Made by a program: the position numbers and the translations under genes. The notes under the pieces are model-generated. The model was not told the DNA's origin and did no database searches. It saw only the letters and a program-made list of their open reading frames with translations. A stretch of DNA of 64,000 bases from a virus: IMG/VR virus record IMGVR_UViG_3300037467_000284, positions 1 to 64,000 of that record. One strand, 5' to 3'. The first letter of the stretch is position 1; each line of letters begins with the position of its first letter. This document shows, in pieces, positions 50,837-59,621 of this stretch.

Positions 50837-51123
50837 ACGCTTACCAACGTCGCAAACAACGTCGCTCTCGTGCTGTCCTCGTCTTCGACACTGAGGCATG
50901 GTGGAACAATCTTCGCAAGAAGGTTATGAGGTCGGTGCGTCCAAGCCTATCTGTTACGGGACGTAGCGAAGGTAGCGTTCTCTACCCGTTCGACTACCCT
51001 TACAGCAGGCGTATCAATGTGCTGAAAGCTCGACCTCTGTGCGATAACAGCACGTTGGTGTTCTCTCCTGACGGACTGGAAGATTTCTCTGGCTTGGAAA
51101 AGCGAATCGCGCTCAACTTGTAA
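50833..51123 (+). CDS. hypothetical protein
   Basis: 96 aa with an ATGA overlap. Confidence 0.55.
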   Translation: MNAYQRRKQRRSRAVLVFDTEAWWNNLRKKVMRSVRPSLSVTGRSEGSVLYPFDYPYSRRINVLKARPLCDNSTLVFSPDGLEDFSGLEKRIALNL

Positions 51124-51134
51124 AGGACTAACGA

Positions 51135-51626
51135 ATGAAACTCATCATCGCTGGAAGTAGATCGATCAAGGACTACAACGTTACACGGCAGGCTATCATC
51201 GAAAGTGGCCTGTGGCATACATACGGCAAGAAGATCGTGGTGGTATCTGGGGAAGCTGAAGGCCCGGACAAGCACGGACTGATATTCTCAGAGAAGGCCG
51301 GATTGAAGAAGCCTATCAAGAAGCCTGCTAAGTGGGACGACATTAAGGCTCCGGGAGCAGTGGTACGCTACCGCAGAGATGGAAAGCCATACAATGTGCT
51401 CGCTGGCTACTGGCGTAACGAAGAGATGGCTCAGATTGCGGATGCGGCCCTGATTGTATGGGACGGGCGTAGCACTGGAAGCTTGGACATGCTGCACCGG
51501 ATGGTAGCGCATGGGAAGAGCGACAGCACTTACTTGTTTCCGCTCCGTATCGATGCTGATGCGCTCGACCGCCTGCAAGATAAGTGCCACATTATTTTTC
51601 CAAACAGCTTGACACAGGATAAGTAG
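51135..51626 (+). CDS. DUF2493 / YpsA-related SLOG-family protein
   Basis: MKLIIAGSRS...VVVSGEAEGPDKHG...WRNEEMAQIADAALIVWDGRSTGSLDML follows the SLOG (Rossmannoid nucleotide-binding) layout. The family call is from memory. Confidence 0.6.
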   Translation: MKLIIAGSRSIKDYNVTRQAIIESGLWHTYGKKIVVVSGEAEGPDKHGLIFSEKAGLKKPIKKPAKWDDIKAPGAVVRYRRDGKPYNVLAGYWRNEEMAQIADAALIVWDGRSTGSLDMLHRMVAHGKSDSTYLFPLRIDADALDRLQDKCHIIFPNSLTQDK

Positions 51627-51637
51627 TACTAGATAAT
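51609..51637 (+). promoter_or_regulatory. sigma70-type promoter
   Basis: TTGACA, 17 nt, GATAAT. Confidence 0.6.
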
Positions 51638-51669
51638 AACTCCATCGCAACCAACCGGAAAACTTAAAT

Positions 51670-52083
51670 ATGCAAACCTTCTACCGTATCGAGCACAAAG
51701 AGACTGGGGCAGGGATGTACCACCAAGGTAACAACGGCACCCCTAACTTCTACGACATACTGCGGGAAACCGAGTCGAACCTGTTCGATGACCACCATCC
51801 ATCGCCATACAACGACTCCAAACTTCTTGATAGTTTCGAAGCAAAGGGCGTAGCTGCTGACGAGGTAGTGTACGTAGGATCGAAGTACTCGTACGGCTTC
51901 TGTTCGGTGGAGCAATTGCGTTCGTGGGTGTACAACGACGAATGGCTTCGTAAGCTGGACGAATCTGAATACGTGCTTGCCGTCGTTGAGTCGGACGACT
52001 ACTTTGAGGGCAACACTCAGGGGATATTCGTCAAGCCGGAAGAGTACAAGAAGGTAAGCATCAAAGAATTTTTCAACCTGTAA
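51670..52083 (+). CDS. hypothetical protein
   Basis: 137 aa. Confidence 0.55.
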   Translation: MQTFYRIEHKETGAGMYHQGNNGTPNFYDILRETESNLFDDHHPSPYNDSKLLDSFEAKGVAADEVVYVGSKYSYGFCSVEQLRSWVYNDEWLRKLDESEYVLAVVESDDYFEGNTQGIFVKPEEYKKVSIKEFFNL

Positions 52084-52105
52084 CAAGAAAACAAGGAGAA
52101 ACGAA

Positions 52106-52459
52106 ATGGAACAATTCAATCTAGCTGCAAACCTGCGTGCTGCTAAAGCCCTGATCGACACCCCGGCCAAGTGGACTCAAAGCGTTCTGGCCCGTGACAG
52201 CATGGCTCGCCAAGTGGGCATCGAAGACCGCAACGCTACCTGCTTCTGTTCGATGGGGGCGCTCTTGCGCCATTGCCGTGACAAGGAGCTTCCCGGTGAG
52301 GCTAGAAAAACCATCTCAGAGGCTCTGGACAATGTAGCGGAACTCACGGCGGGGGATGATAGCACAAATATTGTGATTTACAACGATGAGCACACCCACG
52401 CCGAGGTTATGGCCGTATGGGATAAGGCAATCGAACTGGCAGAGAAAGAAAGTGCTTGA
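52106..52459 (+). CDS. hypothetical protein
   Basis: 117 aa with an AAGGAG RBS. Confidence 0.6.
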   Translation: MEQFNLAANLRAAKALIDTPAKWTQSVLARDSMARQVGIEDRNATCFCSMGALLRHCRDKELPGEARKTISEALDNVAELTAGDDSTNIVIYNDEHTHAEVMAVWDKAIELAEKESA

Positions 52460-52826
52460 TCCGGACGTAGTGGCAGAGCTACGTTCTGAAGTACAAAGCA
52501 ATAAACGTAGCACTCGCTGCCAATGTGATGTAGAATGGGGCAAGTGCCCCGGACCTCAAGCGTGTCCGTTTTCTGGATACGGTGAAACCTGCCCGTACTC
52601 GGGCTTTGAACAAGGAGAAAAAGAAATGCTGAAAATCGAAGATTTGACAGTAGGTACTAAAGTAGTGGACTCAATGTTTCCGTTGGATGTCGGCTCCGTC
52701 ATCGCCAACGATGGCACCGAAGTTGTGGTTAAATTCGAGGACCATCAGCACCACTACAGCCACAACGTCCAAGGTGACGAACGTATCAAGGGAGCGGACA
52801 ACCTTCGCCACTTGGAACTAGCCTGA
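52452..52826 (+). CDS. hypothetical Cys-rich protein
   Basis: GTG at 52452 overlapping the upstream stop. An alternative strong-RBS ATG lies at 52626 in the same frame. Confidence 0.45.
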   Translation: MLDPDVVAELRSEVQSNKRSTRCQCDVEWGKCPGPQACPFSGYGETCPYSGFEQGEKEMLKIEDLTVGTKVVDSMFPLDVGSVIANDGTEVVVKFEDHQHHYSHNVQGDERIKGADNLRHLELA

Positions 52827-52840
52827 AAAAAGGAGACGAC

Positions 52841-53065
52841 ATGAAAGCTGTCATTAAGAGCCGTAACCAACGTGAAGGTAAATTTGTTCCGGGCTGGTGC
52901 TACAACCCGGCATTCAAGAGGACAGACGCTGGGAAGGTGTTTCCGAAGAAGCGTGCTGGTGCTCACTACGAGCTTCGGAAAGTGATTGGCTATACCGACA
53001 TCGTTGGAAATTTCATTCCCGGCCTCACTTACTTCCGTACCTACCGCGAAGGAGCATTCGAATGA
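52841..53065 (+). CDS. hypothetical protein
   Basis: 74 aa with an AAGGAG RBS. Confidence 0.55.
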   Translation: MKAVIKSRNQREGKFVPGWCYNPAFKRTDAGKVFPKKRAGAHYELRKVIGYTDIVGNFIPGLTYFRTYREGAFE

Positions 53066-53901
53066 GCTTGCGCATCGATGACAAGGAACTGTCGTTCACC
53101 AAGACGACCTTCCCCGGTGGCGAGTCGTGCATCCGTGTGGAAGTGGCAGGGGATGAACTCCCGAAGGGCATCGCAATTCAACTGGACTTCGAATCGAACT
53201 CTGACTTGTTTGATCTGGCCCTGCTGGTTGATGCCATTCGTCGCGTGTACGATGAGCGTATCACTCCGCGTGCTCCGATCATGCTGTTCCTTCCGTATGC
53301 ACCGTACGCTCGTCAGGACCGTGTGTGCAACGAAGGCGAAAGCCTGAGTATCAAGGTTGTGGCTGATTTCATCAACGCCCTGAACTTCGAAAGCGTGTGC
53401 ATCGTTGACCCTCACTCGGACGTTACCTCAGCGTTGTTTAATAACGTAGTGGTTATTCCGCAGGAAACGTTCGCTTCTTGCATGTTCCAAGGGTTGAAAC
53501 GTTCGAACACTATCATCGTTGCTCCGGATGCTGGTGCATCGAAGAAGGCTCGGAAGTTTGCACAAGCTGGCGGGTTCGCTGGCCTACTCCAAGCTGAGAA
53601 GGTGCGCGATCTATCAACGGGTAAGATTCTGAAGACGAAGATCAACGTCGATGAACTCGGACCTCCAGACGTTGACTACCTAATCGTAGATGACATCTGC
53701 GACGGTGGGCGTACTTTCACGGAACTGGCTAAGGTGCTGCGTCCGACTACTATCGGAAAGATCATGCTGTTCGTAACGCACGGTATCTTCTCGGCAGGCA
53801 CAGAAGTGTTTGACAACCTTATCGATGAAGTGTACACTGCTAATCCTGTCGGGGCCACTGGCAAGGCAGCAGTGGAATCTGGTAAGGTGAAACGTATCTA
53901 A
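53062..53901 (+). CDS. ribose-phosphate pyrophosphokinase (Prs) homologue; candidate ADPR-pyrophosphate synthetase (Adps-type)
   Basis: ATG at 53062 (ATGA overlap). FPGGES, YAPYARQDR and VDDICDGGRTF motifs match the Prs family. 279 aa. Confidence 0.75.
   Translation: MSLRIDDKELSFTKTTFPGGESCIRVEVAGDELPKGIAIQLDFESNSDLFDLALLVDAIRRVYDERITPRAPIMLFLPYAPYARQDRVCNEGESLSIKVVADFINALNFESVCIVDPHSDVTSALFNNVVVIPQETFASCMFQGLKRSNTIIVAPDAGASKKARKFAQAGGFAGLLQAEKVRDLSTGKILKTKINVDELGPPDVDYLIVDDICDGGRTFTELAKVLRPTTIGKIMLFVTHGIFSAGTEVFDNLIDEVYTANPVGATGKAAVESGKVKRI
53810..53838 (+). promoter_or_regulatory. candidate internal sigma70-type promoter
   Basis: TTGACA, 17 nt, TACACT, inside the 3' end of the Prs-like gene. 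Confidence 0.4.
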
Positions 53902-53941
53902 CGCTATGTAAGTAGCACTCATTAACTAAGGAGAAAAGAAA

Positions 53942-54157
53942 ATGGCAGCACATAAAATCGGAACCAAAGTCGTGTTCAGTAACGGAGAAGCCCTTCACGA
54001 TGTCACCAACGGCAAGGAATACACCATCGCTGGTATTGATTGGGATGGCGATGAGTACTTCATCGATGATGCTGGTGAGCGCAACTACGCGGCTGCATCT
54101 GGCGACTCTCGTTTGGGTGAAGGCGATGGAGTCTACACTATCGTAACCGAGCAATAA
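53942..54157 (+). CDS. hypothetical protein
   Basis: 71 aa with an AAGGAG RBS. Confidence 0.55.
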   Translation: MAAHKIGTKVVFSNGEALHDVTNGKEYTIAGIDWDGDEYFIDDAGERNYAAASGDSRLGEGDGVYTIVTEQ

Positions 54158-54168
54158 GGAGAATGAAA

Positions 54169-54426
54169 ATGCAAGTTCAAGTTTTTGACCAACCGGCGCA
54201 AGATGTCCTACGTGTTAAGCTTGTTCCGAACGACAACAGGGGGGATGTCAAAGGTGGCGTAACTGTTGTAGCCGTGGACGCGGACGGTACGGAAATCCTC
54301 GCCGGGAAAATCGTAACGATCAACGAAAACGGCGTGTACATCTGGCCTTATCTTGCTAAAAGTGTTGACCTCCCACGAGACGACAACAAGCAGGCCGTCA
54401 AACTGATTCGCACCGCCAACTACTAA
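54169..54426 (+). CDS. hypothetical protein
   Basis: The second ATG (54169) has a 7-nt spacing from AAGGAG. The track start at 54163 is only 1 nt from the RBS. Confidence 0.55.
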   Translation: MQVQVFDQPAQDVLRVKLVPNDNRGDVKGGVTVVAVDADGTEILAGKIVTINENGVYIWPYLAKSVDLPRDDNKQAVKLIRTANY

Positions 54427-54435
54427 GGAGAGCAT

Positions 54436-56061
54436 ATGCAAATCAAACCGCATCTGATTCTGGACTCGTACAAACTGGGCCACATCGATCAATACCCGGA
54501 AGGCACTGAGTACGTGTACTCCAACCTTACCGCTCGTTCCGCTGCTCACGCCAAGATGGGCAAGCTGTATGACAACAAGGTGGTGTTCGTCGGCCTGCAA
54601 GGCTTCGTGAAAGAGTTCCTGATCGAAGCGTGGAACGAGTACTTCTTCAAGCGCCCGAAGGACGAAGTGGTGGCTGAGTACAAACGTCGCTGCGACAATT
54701 TCTTAGGGCCGGATGCAGTGAGGACGGATCACATCGCAGCTCTGCACGATCTTGGCTACCTGCCTATCGTCATCAAGGCTCTGCCTGAAGGATCGCGTGT
54801 GGACATCAAGGTTCCATTCTTGACCATCAAGAACACGCTTCCGCAGTTCTACTGGCTGACGAACTATCTGGAAACCGTCCTGTCGGATGAGCTGTGGCAG
54901 CAGATCACGATTGCTACCATTACGTACGAGTACCGTCGCATCCTGAACAAATACGTGGAACTCACGGGAAGCTCGCCAGAGTTTGCCGACTGGCAGATTC
55001 ACGATTTCTCGATGCGTGGCATGGTGGGCTGGCATGGTGCTGCTAAGGGCGGGGCTGCTCACCTGTTCGTGTCCCGTGGCACTGATACGCTGCCTGCTAT
55101 CGACTATCTGGAACAGTACTACGGTGCTGACGTTACGAAGGAACTGGTTGCTGGCTCCGTTCCTGCTACGGAACACTCCGTCATGTGCATGGGGGGTAAA
55201 GCCGACGAGATTGGCACGTTCCGTCGCTTGATCAAGGATGTGTACCCGTCCGGTATCGTGTCCATCGTCTCGGATACGTGGGACTTCTGGCTAGTGATTA
55301 CCCAGTACACCCGTGTTCTGAAGGACGACATCCTTAACCGTACGCCGAATGCTCTGGGACAGGCGAAGGTAGTTTTCCGCCCTGACTCCGGCGATCCGGT
55401 GAAGATCATCACTGGCCTCCGTGCTATCGACTTCGATCTGCTGGACGAAGACAATTACTACAACTACGATGTGGTTATCAAGGACGGCAAGTACTACGAG
55501 TTCGAACAGGAACGTTGTGGCGATGTCTGCAATTGCATGTTGGATACGCAGCTTGGCCGGGAAGTGCCGGAGCACGAGGTCAAAGGTGCTGTGGAATGCC
55601 TCTGGGACATCTTCGGTGGCGACGTAACGGCGAAGGGCTACAAGACCCTGAACCAACGTGTCGGCCTGATCTACGGTGACAGCATTACGCTGCAACGTGC
55701 AGAAGACATCCTGCAACGCCTGATGGACAAGGGCTTCAGTGCTGGCAACATCGTGTTCGGCGTCGGCTCGTACACCTACCAGTACATCACCCGTGATACC
55801 TTCGGTATGGCCGTAAAAGCGACCTACGGCGTTGTGAACGGTGAAGCTCGTAACATCCAGAAAGACCCGAAGACCGGTGACGGCATGAAGAAGTCTGCTA
55901 CTGGCTTGCTTCGTGTCGAGAAGGAGGGCGACAAGTTTGTACTGTACGATCAGCAGACCGAAGACGAAGCAGACCAAGGCGAACTTCAGATTGTGTTCTC
56001 GAACGGTGTTCTTGTTCGTAACACTACCTTCGCTGAAATCGTGGAACGCCTTAAGCAATAA
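54436..56061 (+). CDS. nicotinamide phosphoribosyltransferase (NAMPT) homologue; candidate nicotinamide ADPR-transferase (Namat-type)
   Basis: 541 aa. The N-terminus ILDSYKLGH, the FRPDSGDP motif and the overall length match the NAMPT/NadV family. Confidence 0.8.
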   Translation: MQIKPHLILDSYKLGHIDQYPEGTEYVYSNLTARSAAHAKMGKLYDNKVVFVGLQGFVKEFLIEAWNEYFFKRPKDEVVAEYKRRCDNFLGPDAVRTDHIAALHDLGYLPIVIKALPEGSRVDIKVPFLTIKNTLPQFYWLTNYLETVLSDELWQQITIATITYEYRRILNKYVELTGSSPEFADWQIHDFSMRGMVGWHGAAKGGAAHLFVSRGTDTLPAIDYLEQYYGADVTKELVAGSVPATEHSVMCMGGKADEIGTFRRLIKDVYPSGIVSIVSDTWDFWLVITQYTRVLKDDILNRTPNALGQAKVVFRPDSGDPVKIITGLRAIDFDLLDEDNYYNYDVVIKDGKYYEFEQERCGDVCNCMLDTQLGREVPEHEVKGAVECLWDIFGGDVTAKGYKTLNQRVGLIYGDSITLQRAEDILQRLMDKGFSAGNIVFGVGSYTYQYITRDTFGMAVKATYGVVNGEARNIQKDPKTGDGMKKSATGLLRVEKEGDKFVLYDQQTEDEADQGELQIVFSNGVLVRNTTFAEIVERLKQ

Positions 56062-56089
56062 GCCGCTACGCAGCTAAGAAAGGAGTGCT

Positions 56090-56374
56090 ATGACGCTTGA
56101 TAGATTCGGTGAGGAAGTGCATACTGGCGATGTTGTCGTGTATGCGGACACCAACGTAAGCGGCAATAGCATCTCACTGGATGTGTACCTCGTGACTCAA
56201 CTGATCGATGTCCATACCTGCAAAGGTCAGTTGATGAACGGGGAGTGGGCAGGAGAAGAGTTCTACCTAGAGAACACAACCAGTAGATGTGCGTTTCTGT
56301 ACGAATCAAGTCCAGAGATGGACGAAGATGAAGAAGAGGAAGACAGCCTTCCTGAACAACCAACCCTCAATTAA
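56090..56374 (+). CDS. hypothetical acidic protein
   Basis: 94 aa with the C-terminal tail DEDEEEEDS. Confidence 0.55.
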   Translation: MTLDRFGEEVHTGDVVVYADTNVSGNSISLDVYLVTQLIDVHTCKGQLMNGEWAGEEFYLENTTSRCAFLYESSPEMDEDEEEEDSLPEQPTLN

Positions 56375-56383
56375 GGAGAAAGT

Positions 56384-57811
56384 ATGAATCATCAAAAGAA
56401 TTATGTCGGCTTTGCAAACGATCACTCGTCCTCGATGTACGATATCGCATCGGCTGCGATCCGTGACTACAACAACAACATCGCTGCGATTACTGGTGCT
56501 GCATCCCGTGAAACGCTGGATACCATCGTAACGGTTGTTGGCTTCGGCACTACCGTGGAACGCCAGCTTGTCAACTCCAATCCGCACGTTCTGAAACCTG
56601 TCGCCAACTGGAAAGCCGCAGGCTGGACTGCGCTGTACGATGGCATCGGCGAAGTCATTGAACTGTTCAAGACCATGCCGGACTACGACAACCCGAACGT
56701 CTCGTTCCTTGTGCTTGCTACCACGGACGGGGAAGAGAATGTGTCGAAGCGTTGGAGTGCTGCTTCGCTGGCTGCTGAAATTCGCAAGCTGCAAGCAACT
56801 GGCCGCTGGACGTTCGTTCTGCGTGTACCGGAAGGGACTGCCCACCGTGTAGCTAACCTCGGAATCCCGGCTGGCAACGTGCAAGAATGGGATACCACGG
56901 CTGCTGGCATGGAGAAATCCACCGTGGCTACTACCCAAGCGTTCGACCAGTTCTACGCTGCTCGTGCTGCCGGTGTGCGTTCGTCCAACGTGTTCTACAC
57001 TAGCACTGCTGCTGTTGACACTTCGAAGCTGGCTGACATCAGCAAAGAGACTTCGCTGTACCAAGTCGGGGCTGACCAGAACGGTATCCAGATCAAAGAC
57101 TTCATCTTGACGAAGCGTATGGAGTACTTGATTGGTGGCGCGTTCTACCAACTCACCAAGACGGAGCCGCGTGTGTCGCCTACCAAGCTGATCCTGATCC
57201 GTGAGAAGGCTACCGGCAAGGTGTACGCAGGTAAGGACGCACGTACGATGCTTGGACTCGATACGGTGAACAACGCTCGCGTGCATCCGAATCACGGTGG
57301 CGGTGGCTATGACATCTTCATCCAATCGGAGTCGGTGAATCGTAAGCTGGTGGCTAACACTGGCGTGCTGTATTGGCCTGCTGCCGGTCGTAAGCTGACC
57401 CAAGCCGATCTGGACAAATACTCAAGCCAGAAGAATGCCCCGGCTGTGCCTGTCCTGCCTGATGCTCCTGCTACTGGCCGTCCGACTCCGAACCCGGCTT
57501 CGGTGACGACCCAGAAGGCAGTGGCTCCGGGCCAAGCGAAGGTAGGTACGCCGCTTACGTACAACCCGAACACGCACGATCTGAAGGTTACTCCGAACGG
57601 CCAACTTGCAGCGATGCCGAAGGGTGGCAAGCCGCAGCCGATCCTGCCGAAAGACGGCGGTCGTGTCCGCTTCCACGCTGCTCCGGGGAACGCAGTGTTC
57701 TACAAGACGCGTGAACTGGCTCGTGCTCAGGCTCTCGTACAAGGCAAGAAGTCGTACGATGCTGGCCCGACTGCCCCGAAAGGCTTACGCTTCTACGTAG
57801 CAGCAGCGTGA
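56384..57811 (+). CDS. von Willebrand factor A (vWA) domain protein
   Basis: MIDAS-type DxSxS motif (ANDHSSSM) and ATTDGEEN in the N-terminal roughly 200 aa. The C-terminal roughly 270 aa are unassigned and Pro-rich. Confidence 0.65.
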   Translation: MNHQKNYVGFANDHSSSMYDIASAAIRDYNNNIAAITGAASRETLDTIVTVVGFGTTVERQLVNSNPHVLKPVANWKAAGWTALYDGIGEVIELFKTMPDYDNPNVSFLVLATTDGEENVSKRWSAASLAAEIRKLQATGRWTFVLRVPEGTAHRVANLGIPAGNVQEWDTTAAGMEKSTVATTQAFDQFYAARAAGVRSSNVFYTSTAAVDTSKLADISKETSLYQVGADQNGIQIKDFILTKRMEYLIGGAFYQLTKTEPRVSPTKLILIREKATGKVYAGKDARTMLGLDTVNNARVHPNHGGGGYDIFIQSESVNRKLVANTGVLYWPAAGRKLTQADLDKYSSQKNAPAVPVLPDAPATGRPTPNPASVTTQKAVAPGQAKVGTPLTYNPNTHDLKVTPNGQLAAMPKGGKPQPILPKDGGRVRFHAAPGNAVFYKTRELARAQALVQGKKSYDAGPTAPKGLRFYVAAA

Positions 57812-57818
57812 TTAACGC

Positions 57819-57848
57819 TTGACGCAAGCAGATAGGTAGTGCTACAAT
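57819..57848 (+). promoter_or_regulatory. sigma70-type promoter
   Basis: TTGACG, 18 nt, TACAAT. Confidence 0.55.
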
Positions 57849-57889
57849 GCTGCCTATCTGCTAACAACCAACAAGGAAGGTAATAAGGA

Positions 57890-58366
57890 ATGGCTCTGAA
57901 GATTGAATCCGGGGATGTGTTCAACGAACTGGCAGCAATGCAAGAAAAGCGGAAGGGTGTGATCTTCGTACACGGCTGCAACGCTCAAGGCGTGATGGGA
58001 AGTGGCATCGCATCATTGGTGAAGAAATTGTACCCTCATGCGTACGAAGCGTACAAAGCGGAGCATCGTGACTTCGGGCTTGTTTTGGGGGATGTTGTTT
58101 GGGCGAAACCTAACGGCGGATACGTTTACGTAGGTAACGCTATTACCCAGAAGAATTATGGGCGGGATGGCAAACTGTATGTGGACTACAACGCAGTGGT
58201 GGTCGCACTTGAGCACGTAGCTGCTGAGGCACGTAGCGCTAAATTGCCGGTCTTCCTGCCGATGATTGGTGGCGGACTTGGTGGAGGTGACAAGAAGCGT
58301 CTGACTGCTATCTTCCAAGCTGTATTCCATGATGTCGATGCAACGCTGTTCTTGAAGGAGGAATGA
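57890..58366 (+). CDS. macrodomain (ADP-ribose binding/hydrolase) protein
   Basis: IFVHGCNAQGVMGSGIASLV...LPMIGGGLGGGD is the macrodomain glycine-rich ADPR-binding pattern. 158 aa. Confidence 0.75.
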   Translation: MALKIESGDVFNELAAMQEKRKGVIFVHGCNAQGVMGSGIASLVKKLYPHAYEAYKAEHRDFGLVLGDVVWAKPNGGYVYVGNAITQKNYGRDGKLYVDYNAVVVALEHVAAEARSAKLPVFLPMIGGGLGGGDKKRLTAIFQAVFHDVDATLFLKEE

Positions 58367-58881
58367 TGTTTGGAATGAAATTACTGAGCAAGTTGTTTCT
58401 CGAAGACAAGCCTCATCCAAAAGGCGATGAACTGTATGGCTGCTACGAAGGACTTCTGGTAGCGGAGGAAGCTTCAGATTCAGAGCCTCCGAAAAAGGAC
58501 ATCGGTGAGCCAGTGTTATCACTTGCGAAATCGATTCTGGAGACAGAAGACTGGGAGTTGAGACACGACTTAACGCCCTACCCTGGAATGAACTGGTTTT
58601 CACTTGTAAAAGGAAACTTAACTGTGGCATTTAAAACGTCGGGGGAGGTAAAGTTTACAGATCGTGTGGTAGGAGTCGTGCGTACGACTATTACAACTTG
58701 CCTAGCTAGTTGGATGACGCAAGACGAACAGGTGTACATGGCCGAAGTCTTCCGCGAATGGCAGCGGCTGGAAGAGAAGAGGGCAGAGGAACGTAGAATC
58801 TCTGCAAATGTTGCAACAAGGGAGCGCTTCATGCGTGAATTGGTTGATCATCGTGGTCAACTTGAATTGGAACTTAACTGA
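58363..58881 (+). CDS. hypothetical protein
   Basis: 172 aa with an ATGA overlap. Confidence 0.6.
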   Translation: MMFGMKLLSKLFLEDKPHPKGDELYGCYEGLLVAEEASDSEPPKKDIGEPVLSLAKSILETEDWELRHDLTPYPGMNWFSLVKGNLTVAFKTSGEVKFTDRVVGVVRTTITTCLASWMTQDEQVYMAEVFREWQRLEEKRAEERRISANVATRERFMRELVDHRGQLELELN

Positions 58882-58896
58882 AAGGAGAGAATTAAA

Positions 58897-59073
58897 ATGG
58901 CATACGTACTTACAATGATTGCACTTTGGGTCGTAGTAGCTGCTAGCTGGATCGCCAACATCGTTAAGCTCGTGTCGATGCTCGGTGGGGACATTACGCT
59001 GCTAGCTGTCCTGCGCATTATCGGCATCTTTGCTCCACCGCTGGGCTGCGTACTCGGCTTCGTTTCAAACTGA
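58897..59073 (+). CDS. small two-helix membrane protein (58 aa)
   Basis: Found manually with an AAAGGAGAG RBS. Confidence 0.5.
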   Translation: MAYVLTMIALWVVVAASWIANIVKLVSMLGGDITLLAVLRIIGIFAPPLGCVLGFVSN

Positions 59074-59106
59074 TGTACATCTACAACTAACTTAAAGGAG
59101 AAACAA

Positions 59107-59382
59107 ATGAACACTATCGAGAAAAAAGAACCGTCCTTCTTCGGCTCCATCGGTAGCTTCTTCGGCAAAGCCGAGCAGGCTGTTGTCCTGAAGGTCGATC
59201 ATGTGATGCAGACCTTCCACAACACCATCGCCAGCTTGGAACTGGTAGCAGAGACGCACGTACTGGAAGCTGCTGAACATGCCCGTGTTATCGAGCAACG
59301 TGCTGCTGCTAAGCTAGCTGCTGAAGCCGAAGCGTTGCGTGCAACCGGCATCGCCCAGAAGATGAAGGAGCTGATCAAATGA
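59107..59382 (+). CDS. hypothetical protein
   Basis: 91 aa with an AAAGGAG RBS. Confidence 0.6.
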   Translation: MNTIEKKEPSFFGSIGSFFGKAEQAVVLKVDHVMQTFHNTIASLELVAETHVLEAAEHARVIEQRAAAKLAAEAEALRATGIAQKMKELIK

Positions 59383-59621
59383 AGGTTGCATCGGAGCCGA
59401 TCAAGTTTCAGCCGGTTACGCTTACCTTGGAGTCCGAAGGAGAACTTCGGTTCCTCCGCGACGTTCTTGGGGGCGCAACCGGCACTCTCGAAGAGGCTTA
59501 CGGAATTACTTCGCCGCAAACGTTGTACTACGCCTACCTCGCTGCTGACAGGCTGTGTAAGGAGCGTGGCCTGACGAACAAGGAAGTAGCGAACATCAAT
59601 TTAGTAGTGAAGGAGCAATAA
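59379..59621 (+). CDS. hypothetical protein
   Basis: 80 aa with an ATGA overlap. Confidence 0.55.
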   Translation: MKVASEPIKFQPVTLTLESEGELRFLRDVLGGATGTLEEAYGITSPQTLYYAYLAADRLCKERGLTNKEVANINLVVKEQ

